27,203 nt of DNA from positions 1 through 27,203 of the IMG/VR virus record IMGVR_UViG_3300031851_005311. One strand, 5' to 3'. Position 1 is the stretch's first letter. The number at the start of each line of letters is the position of its first letter. Shown here piece after piece: positions 16,282 through 22,115 of this stretch. Source of the DNA: a virus. Its lineage: Duplodnaviria; Caudoviricetes. A program made the translations under genes and the position numbers. A model generated the notes under the pieces. The model worked only from the letters and a program-made list of their open reading frames with translations, searched no databases and was not told the DNA's origin.

Positions 16282-17408
16282 TGTCACACCTTTTAGAAGA
16301 ATACGCTAAAAATTTAGGGGTGAAGGTTTCAAAGCCTATCATCCAAGAGCATTTCTTCCCACTTCTCGATGATAAGTATATCATTCTTTGTGGGGAAGAT
16401 AAAACTCAATCAAAATATTATAAGCACTACTCTTTAGTATTAGGCTTATTGGAACCAATCCTGAAAAAAAACAATATTAAAGTATACCAATTTGGAGGTA
16501 AACAAATTTCAGGCGTTGATAGACTACTTAATCTAGACTTTAAAAAATCTGCATACATTATTTCTAGATCTTTACTGTATGTTGGTCCTGATAATCACCT
16601 AGCCCAATACGCAAGCTCTCAAGATATCAAGACTATTACCATATATGGTAATTGCTATTCGGAAAATACCAAGCCTTTTTGGTCTTCCGATGGATCTAAA
16701 CATGTGACTATTGAACCTGAATGGGACAAGAAACCTTGTTTTTCCTCTACGGACCTCAAAGAGCAGATTAACACAATCAAGCCGCAAGATATTTGCTCAC
16801 ACATTCTTAATCTCTGCGGTTTAGAAGGCGAGGAGCCTCTATTCAAAACGAAACATATAGGTAAACACTTTTATCAAAATATTACAGAGGTTGTTCCAAC
16901 TGAAATTAGTAAATTAAATATTCCGAAAGATATCTTTCTTCGCGTTGATTATGGTTTCGAGGAGTCTTCTTTTATGCATTATTGCTTAAACCATAAAGTG
17001 GTTATTGTTACAGATAAGCTCATACAACCTAGTGGCTTAAGTAAATTCTCAGGTAATGTTTCCAAAATTCTATACACAATAAATAAAGAACTAGATACGA
17101 TCCCTCAGAAATACTTCGATATCCTCAAAAGAATGGGTATTGAAATAGTTTTGTTGTCAGAAAAGAAGGAGGATTTAGATTACCTAAGAAACAAATATTT
17201 TGAGGTTCCAGTCCAATTAAGAAAAGAAGAAAAAGAAAAAATTGAATGCTCACCAGAATCAAAATTCTTAAGTAATAAAAACATCATCGAAGGGGATAAA
17301 GTTTACAAAAGTTATGGGCATTACAAAAAAGGACTTGACTCAGACGATAATGTATTGGATACTCCTGAGTATTGGGAAGAACTAGAACACTTCTGTATTT
17401 ATGAGTAA
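16281..17408 (+). CDS. glycosyltransferase family 9-like protein (C-terminal Rossmann half plus extra domain)
   Basis: HLLEEYA...KYIIL...KYY..Y...VYQFGG...SAYIISRSLLYVGPDNHLAQYASSQDIKTITIYG matches the GT9 pattern (AALIxxAxLFVGNDSGxMHLAAAxxxPTVALFG); TAATG overlap. Confidence 0.75.
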   Translation: MSHLLEEYAKNLGVKVSKPIIQEHFFPLLDDKYIILCGEDKTQSKYYKHYSLVLGLLEPILKKNNIKVYQFGGKQISGVDRLLNLDFKKSAYIISRSLLYVGPDNHLAQYASSQDIKTITIYGNCYSENTKPFWSSDGSKHVTIEPEWDKKPCFSSTDLKEQINTIKPQDICSHILNLCGLEGEEPLFKTKHIGKHFYQNITEVVPTEISKLNIPKDIFLRVDYGFEESSFMHYCLNHKVVIVTDKLIQPSGLSKFSGNVSKILYTINKELDTIPQKYFDILKRMGIEIVLLSEKKEDLDYLRNKYFEVPVQLRKEEKEKIECSPESKFLSNKNIIEGDKVYKSYGHYKKGLDSDDNVLDTPEYWEELEHFCIYE

Positions 17409-18216
17409 AAAGAAAGTAGCCAAAAAAGCGAAGGTTAAGACTTATGGTCCTGACATGTACGAGCGTAATCAACATGGATTACTTAGTAATGTAGATTACG
17501 AATTCAATGAGAACGGCTCTGTTAATTGGAGAGCTATGATTAAATCTGAGTTCCTGTATCCTAATAAGGATTGGTTTACACTTAGAAACAAAGAGATTCC
17601 AAGCTCTTCTGAAGGGTTAAGAGATAATCAGCTTCTGATCATGCTCGCTGGTATCAAAGAGCTTGCCAACCTTAGAGGGTTTAAAAGTGTTACGTTTGAG
17701 ACTCAAAGCCCTTCAGATGGCTATGTGGTAGCTAAATGCAAGGTTAAATGGATTAGCAACTATGAGAGTTTTTATTCTGAAGACCATGCAAGCGCAGACA
17801 ATACGATTGTTTATGAAGATGTAGCCAATGCTACTCTAGACAACACAGATTCCTTTGCTTCTAAGTTCTTAGAGACTATCGCCTGTAATAGAGCTTTTGT
17901 GCGCTGTGTTCGCAACTTCCTTAATGTCCATATCGTTGGCGCTGATGAGATTGATAAATCAAAGGGTAAGAATGATAGAACCGTTAGCTCTAGCCCGAAT
18001 ACGACTTCCAACGCCTCACCAATGACCCCTATTGGCCTCCTTCAGAAGACTCTTGACCAAAAACATGCGATCTCTGAGTTTGATGATTTCCTAGAGAAGC
18101 TTAGAGAACTCTGGAAGAATAAAGTTTACACCTGTGAGAGTATCAAGGATTGGAAGTCTTGGAAAGATGTGCCTACAAGAGAAGCTCGCAAGCTTACTAG
18201 CATCTTATCTAAATGA
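17401..18216 (+). CDS. Rad52/RecT-superfamily single-strand annealing protein
   Basis: LAGIKELANLRGF...VVAKCKV...YEDVANA...LETIACNRAFVRCVRNFLNVHIVGADEI resembles the annealase core (MAETRAxxRALR...EE), followed by a low-complexity linker and a helical C-terminal domain. Confidence 0.6.
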   Translation: MSKKKVAKKAKVKTYGPDMYERNQHGLLSNVDYEFNENGSVNWRAMIKSEFLYPNKDWFTLRNKEIPSSSEGLRDNQLLIMLAGIKELANLRGFKSVTFETQSPSDGYVVAKCKVKWISNYESFYSEDHASADNTIVYEDVANATLDNTDSFASKFLETIACNRAFVRCVRNFLNVHIVGADEIDKSKGKNDRTVSSSPNTTSNASPMTPIGLLQKTLDQKHAISEFDDFLEKLRELWKNKVYTCESIKDWKSWKDVPTREARKLTSILSK

Positions 18217-18674
18217 TAGAGAGGATTACAAATCCAGAAAAATTTGAAAAAGCGGTCAATAATATATTTGACAGCTTAGATATAGATTCTGAAGAAAACC
18301 CTTACTATCAGATCATCCCTAACGATAGACAATCTTTCATAAAAGCTTACAGTCATAAAGGTCTTTTAGCTCAAAATGTTTTTGCGTGGGCTAACCTAAA
18401 TAATTTAGGTAATTATGATGCTGGTATCCTTTTTGTAAGACAGCCAGATGCAAAGTTAAATAAAGTATTTTTTACAGAGCAAGTTTGGCTATCTAATAAT
18501 CCAAAAGTTGGATTTAAGCTAATGGCGACCGCACTAGAGTTCGCTAGAAATCAAGGGTTTGAATATATCAGGATGGGCGCAGCAGTTAAATCACCAGCCT
18601 ACGAAAAAGTCAAAAAATTCTATAAAAAAATGGGCTTTTTACTAGAAGCCGAAAGCTATATAGCAAAATTATGA
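18213..18674 (+). CDS. GNAT-family acetyltransferase
   Basis: VGFKLMATALEFARNQGFEYIRMG...VKKFYKKMGF (motif A/B pattern). Confidence 0.8.
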   Translation: MIERITNPEKFEKAVNNIFDSLDIDSEENPYYQIIPNDRQSFIKAYSHKGLLAQNVFAWANLNNLGNYDAGILFVRQPDAKLNKVFFTEQVWLSNNPKVGFKLMATALEFARNQGFEYIRMGAAVKSPAYEKVKKFYKKMGFLLEAESYIAKL

Positions 18675-18838
18675 GCGGTAAACAAGCTAAAAAATTAAGG
18701 AAAGCTTTACAAGCTGACAATGAAGTTTCGAAAAGAAATTATAAAAGGCTTAAAAAGAAATATTTAGAGGTTTCTGGGCCTAATAAATCTGACTTTATTA
18801 AAGGAGTGCAAGACTTATTTAATCCTACTGGCCCCTAA
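18671..18838 (+). CDS. small basic hypothetical protein, 55 aa (not in ORF track)
   Basis: MSGKQAKKLRKALQADNEVSKRNYKRLKKKYLEVSGPNKSDFIKGVQDLFNPTGP*; ATGA overlap with the GNAT gene; 14-nt convergent overlap with the next gene. Confidence 0.7.
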   Translation: MSGKQAKKLRKALQADNEVSKRNYKRLKKKYLEVSGPNKSDFIKGVQDLFNPTGP

Positions 18839-19127
18839 GCCTTTCATTCTCTTCTCTCAAGAATTTAATCTCGACCTTCAATTCTGTGACTTGAACAGTT
18901 AACTCACTTACTTGGACCCTCATAGCTTCTTTTTCGTGTGAGGAGCTAACAAGCAAGGACTCTAACTTACTCACTCTATCAATTAGGTTACTAAGCAGAA
19001 CCCCCTCTGTTTGGTAATCTAATTTTTTTATTTGCTGTTCGGCACTTAGTCTGTGACTCATGTATTTCCATAAAGCTCCCCCGAATAATGCTGATGCTAC
19101 GGATGAGATAATTGTCCAATGATCCAT
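18825..19127 (-). CDS. N-terminal membrane anchor plus coiled-coil protein (lysis-cassette-like)
   Basis: WTIISSVASALFGGALWKY hydrophobic segment, then heptad repeats (VSELTVQVTELKVEIKFLREENERL). Confidence 0.7.
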   Translation of the reverse strand: MDHWTIISSVASALFGGALWKYMSHRLSAEQQIKKLDYQTEGVLLSNLIDRVSKLESLLVSSSHEKEAMRVQVSELTVQVTELKVEIKFLREENERLRGQ

Positions 19128-19130
19128 AAG

Positions 19131-19188
19131 TTTAATTACACATTATTTTTAAAAATATTAAAAATAATATTATTTAGGTGTAATTAAA
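19131..19188. promoter_or_regulatory. divergent promoter region with an 11-bp inverted repeat GTGTAATTAAA
   Basis: TTTAATTACAC 19131-19141 and GTGTAATTAAA 19178-19188, each pointing to an ATG 8 or 10 nt after GTGTAA; the core between them is almost pure A/T. Confidence 0.65.
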
Positions 19189-19193
19189 ATCAA

Positions 19194-19943
19194 ATGGGGG
19201 AAACAGATAAAAATCTTGAAGAAGCCGAGGCTTTCGCTTTAAAATACTGTAACCCAGATGATAGCGAGGTCATCTCTGATCTTGACAGGTATGCGCGAGA
19301 GACGGCTTGGACGTTACTGCAAAGAGTTAAGCATTTAGATGATCAAAAGTGTGTTTGTGAGGAGTGCGGGATTGAGATAGTAGAGGAGATAGAAGAAGAA
19401 GTGGAACCCTCCCCTGAAGAGCAGGAAGAAAACCCAGAAGTCGAAGGTGAATCTTCAGATGATTCTAACCTGCAAAAACTTGTAGAGACAGATAAAAATA
19501 ATAAGAGGCTAACAAAAAAATCAAAAAAGGTTGCAGTAGGGGCTGGACTTATAGCTGCTACGACTCAGAAAGTAGCAGCGATAGGAACTGCTGGAGTAAT
19601 GACAATTGCAAGCGGAACCTATTTTCAAGCCAAAGCAGCGAAAACGGAAGGTATAGAGATAGCTGTTGTTACAGAGCAAGAATATGGAGCATTCTCCAAA
19701 TTCAATAGGTTTACTGAGTCACTCTTAGGTATTTCAACCTTCGAAGGCGTTAGAGAGTACGCTGAAAAAGGCTATGGTGACATTAAAGGGTCTAATCCCT
19801 CTTCTGAGGAGAACGAAGAAAAGCAGGAGCTTTCTGAAGAAGAGGGGGCGAAGAGAGACAGGGAATTACTTAAAGTAAGGGAGGATCTTAAAATTAATTC
19901 CAATGAACCTCCTACTAATCCCCCAAAACTATCTGATTATTAA
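19194..19943 (+). CDS. hypothetical acidic protein with CxCxxC motif and central Ala/Gly-rich hydrophobic segment
   Basis: CVCEEC, Glu-rich linkers, KKSKK followed by VAVGAGLIAATTQKVAAIGTAGVMTIASG. Confidence 0.65.
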   Translation: MGETDKNLEEAEAFALKYCNPDDSEVISDLDRYARETAWTLLQRVKHLDDQKCVCEECGIEIVEEIEEEVEPSPEEQEENPEVEGESSDDSNLQKLVETDKNNKRLTKKSKKVAVGAGLIAATTQKVAAIGTAGVMTIASGTYFQAKAAKTEGIEIAVVTEQEYGAFSKFNRFTESLLGISTFEGVREYAEKGYGDIKGSNPSSEENEEKQELSEEEGAKRDRELLKVREDLKINSNEPPTNPPKLSDY

Positions 19944-19945
19944 TT

Positions 19946-20140
19946 ATGGAAGAAATATTCGACAAAATTTTAGCGCCTTATATGTCCTCGCTGCCTGAAT
20001 TTGTAATCGCGGTAATGGGTATAGTTGGGACACTTGCGTTTTTCGCGCCAGAAGATAGCAAGTTAAGTAGATTACTTAGCAAGGTCACTGGAAGATTGTC
20101 AAAATTTAAAGACTACTTACTTAAAAAACTTAAAAAATGA
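19946..20140 (+). CDS. small single-pass membrane protein with basic amphipathic tail
   Basis: FVIAVMGIVGTLAFFA transmembrane segment, Lys-rich C-terminus; ATGA overlap with the next gene. Confidence 0.65.
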   Translation: MEEIFDKILAPYMSSLPEFVIAVMGIVGTLAFFAPEDSKLSRLLSKVTGRLSKFKDYLLKKLKK

Positions 20141-20880
20141 AAAAATTAACACCTTTATTATTGTCACTATTTATTTTATGTTGTTTTTGTAGAGCAGCTA
20201 TCGTTACCTTTACAGGTGGGACGGCAAATTTAGAATCAGGAAGCACTATCATCACAACTACAACTTCTCAAAATTATGGAGTCATTAGCTACCAAGAGCA
20301 GTCTGTTATTCTTGAATATGTTTCGCCCACCGAAGATTGGAGTTTTCAAACCGTAGGTGATTATTATGAGGTAGGGAATGATGTTATTCATGGTCATTGG
20401 AATGCGATTTCTACTATAGAAATCTCACTTCAAAATAACACCCCTTTCGATTTGCAATATTTTCAAATCACATCAAATACTTCTGTTGGTGGGCAACCAG
20501 CTACAAACGAAGAAAATATCGGAATTCAAGGCTACTTAAATGGCTCCTCTGTTACGGAGATATACGCTTTACCCAGCGTAGATTGGGGTGCAGCAAGCAC
20601 TAGAGATGTTTTCCTACCCAGCTCTTTTAATAACGTCGATAAAGTAGTTATCTTCGATAGAGGTGTATCAGGTAATCACACTGGAAATTCAAGTTGTCCT
20701 GAGTGTGGTAATTCAGGTTTTTGTTTTGGGATGGATAACTTTGTTTTTGATGAGGCAGTTCCGCAAAATCTTGTACAAGGAAATGCGACCCCATTAACAG
20801 CTATACCAGAGGCTAGTGTAGCTTTACTTAGTGGATTAAGTATTCTACTACTCCTACAAAGGAGAAGGTTTTATAGGTAG
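20137..20880 (+). CDS. PEP-CTERM sorting-signal surface protein
   Basis: Signal peptide MKKLTPLLLSLFILCCFCRA/A, beta-rich body, C-terminal IPEAS + hydrophobic VALLSGLSILLLL + QRRR. Confidence 0.85.
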   Translation: MKKLTPLLLSLFILCCFCRAAIVTFTGGTANLESGSTIITTTTSQNYGVISYQEQSVILEYVSPTEDWSFQTVGDYYEVGNDVIHGHWNAISTIEISLQNNTPFDLQYFQITSNTSVGGQPATNEENIGIQGYLNGSSVTEIYALPSVDWGAASTRDVFLPSSFNNVDKVVIFDRGVSGNHTGNSSCPECGNSGFCFGMDNFVFDEAVPQNLVQGNATPLTAIPEASVALLSGLSILLLLQRRRFYR

Positions 20881-21132
20881 TTACTTGTTGTAAACTTCGC
20901 GCTCTAACTTCCTATAACGAGCATCTGAATGCCAAACTTCGTTAGTTTGAGGAGTGTAAACTCCTTCTTCAGTCTGAATCGGCTGACCCGCCTTGAGCTT
21001 CAAGGAAGACGGTTGATATATGTTTAAACTGGTTGTTTTCGGCACGGAGCTGCCCCCGCAAGAAGTCAGCGCGATCACTGGACTCATTGTCGCCAATAGC
21101 GCGTAGCTTTTCAATTTCTTCGATAAGTTCAT
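20881..21132 (-). CDS. lipoprotein, o-spanin (Rz1/LysC)-like; start at ATG 21132
   Basis: MNLSKKLKSYALLATMSPVIALTS-C lipobox (Cys25), GGSS linker, Pro-containing mature part; 5' 164 nt overlap the upstream gene in another frame. Confidence 0.65.
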   Translation of the reverse strand: MNLSKKLKSYALLATMSPVIALTSCGGSSVPKTTSLNIYQPSSLKLKAGQPIQTEEGVYTPQTNEVWHSDARYRKLEREVYNK

Positions 21133-21229
21133 TTTTTCTTTTGTTGTGTTCTCTTGTAATCTGTGAGAATGCAAGTTTATTTTTTAGTTTTAAATATAAC
21201 CTAAGACTCTCAATTAAACTTTTGATCAT
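20969..21229 (-). CDS. helical/coiled-coil protein in the i-spanin position, without a clear transmembrane helix
   Basis: 86 aa, amphipathic N-terminus, KRKNELIEEIEKLR coiled coil; overlaps the lipoprotein gene. Confidence 0.6.
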   Translation of the reverse strand: MIKSLIESLRLYLKLKNKLAFSQITREHNKRKNELIEEIEKLRAIGDNESSDRADFLRGQLRAENNQFKHISTVFLEAQGGSADSD

Positions 21230-21241
21230 TATTTTGTGTTA

Positions 21242-21385
21242 TCAAATTTTTTTACCAGTAAGTGTTTTTACTGATCCAGAGATTCGTTCAGCGCAGTTTT
21301 TTGCATCTTCCAACTTTAAATAGGAGTGATGATAATTATTTTTTTTATCATACACTCTGTATTTTACTAATTCGGTTTCGTTCAT
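21242..21385 (-). CDS. small hypothetical protein, 47 aa (not in ORF track)
   Basis: MNETELVKYRVYDKKNNYHHSYLKLEDAKNCAERISGSVKTLTGKKI*; ATGA overlap with the upstream minus-strand gene and fills the gap. Confidence 0.6.
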   Translation of the reverse strand: MNETELVKYRVYDKKNNYHHSYLKLEDAKNCAERISGSVKTLTGKKI

Positions 21386-22074
21386 GGTTTAAAAAGTAAA
21401 GAGACTCTGCCAACAAAATCTTCATCATTAGAGATGAGAGTATTGATTACTACAGAATCTCTTAGAAATTCTACATCTTTTATGTCCAATAGGTATTTTT
21501 TCTTGTCAATTAAGACGGATGTTACGGTGGTATCCTTTTTAAATACAAACCCATTGTATTCTGCCGTTTTACCAACTAAGTGATTGGCTATTTCGTTTGA
21601 AGCTACTACTTTTAATTGTCCTATCATTTTATCGGAGTTATACCAGAGGACAGTTTGATCCTCATCACTTAATATTATAGCTCTTTTATCGTATTTATCA
21701 ATCCATCTTTTGTAAATATCTACTTTAAATGACCTCCTTATTTCTGATTTAAAATATTTTGGACTATTGATATGATCAAGAATTTTATAAAAACCTTTAA
21801 TCATCTTGGTAAATTTTGATCCACCCACACCAAATAAGAATGCTACATGATTAAATCTTTCCTCCTCATTAATGAATACATAGCCAATTTTACCTTCGTT
21901 TGAAGCTAGATAAATATCAGAATAATTGCAAAAATCATCAAACTTTTTTCTAATAAACACTTTACGCACGTTATTAGAGCCAACTTGCATATTCCTATAT
22001 GGCTTAGACCTACTACAAAAATTATAGAAGTCCTGCCAAACCTCCTCTTTGTCTTTAATTTGTGTAATTTTCAT
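21382..22074 (-). CDS. hypothetical protein, N-terminal part possibly GNAT-like fold
   Basis: 230 aa ORF; IYLASNEGKIGYVFI...HVAFLFG strand pattern is only weakly suggestive. Confidence 0.6.
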   Translation of the reverse strand: MKITQIKDKEEVWQDFYNFCSRSKPYRNMQVGSNNVRKVFIRKKFDDFCNYSDIYLASNEGKIGYVFINEEERFNHVAFLFGVGGSKFTKMIKGFYKILDHINSPKYFKSEIRRSFKVDIYKRWIDKYDKRAIILSDEDQTVLWYNSDKMIGQLKVVASNEIANHLVGKTAEYNGFVFKKDTTVTSVLIDKKKYLLDIKDVEFLRDSVVINTLISNDEDFVGRVSLLFKP

Positions 22075-22101
22075 TTATCCCACATATAATAACAAAAAGA
22101 A

Positions 22102-22115
22102 GTGTAATATCTAAT
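22102..22115 (+). promoter_or_regulatory. GTGTAA motif upstream of the tail operon
   Basis: GTGTAA 22102-22107, TATCTAAT, ATG 22116. Confidence 0.5.

Noticed and set aside
16265-16283. Programmed frameshift fusing the two glycosyltransferase genes
   Set aside because: T-rich but no canonical X XXY YYZ heptamer or obvious downstream structure; TAATG coupling is enough to explain it.
957-18011. Short antisense and off-frame ORFs inside long genes (e.g. 4906-5298, 6693-7157, 12550-12741, 14516-14773)
   Set aside because: All lie within well-supported genes, show no motifs, and are expected by chance.
21133-21174. 97-aa version of the lipoprotein ORF
   Set aside because: Begins at a non-ATG codon and would bury the signal peptide; ATG 21132 gives a normal lipoprotein signal.
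21033-21323. 96-aa plus-strand ORF
   Set aside because: Ser/Phe-rich antisense shadow of the minus-strand genes, with no start signal.
22062-22069. Extra GTGTAATT copy on the plus strand
   Set aside because: Inside the coding start of the minus-strand gene and not followed by a nearby ATG; not counted as a promoter.
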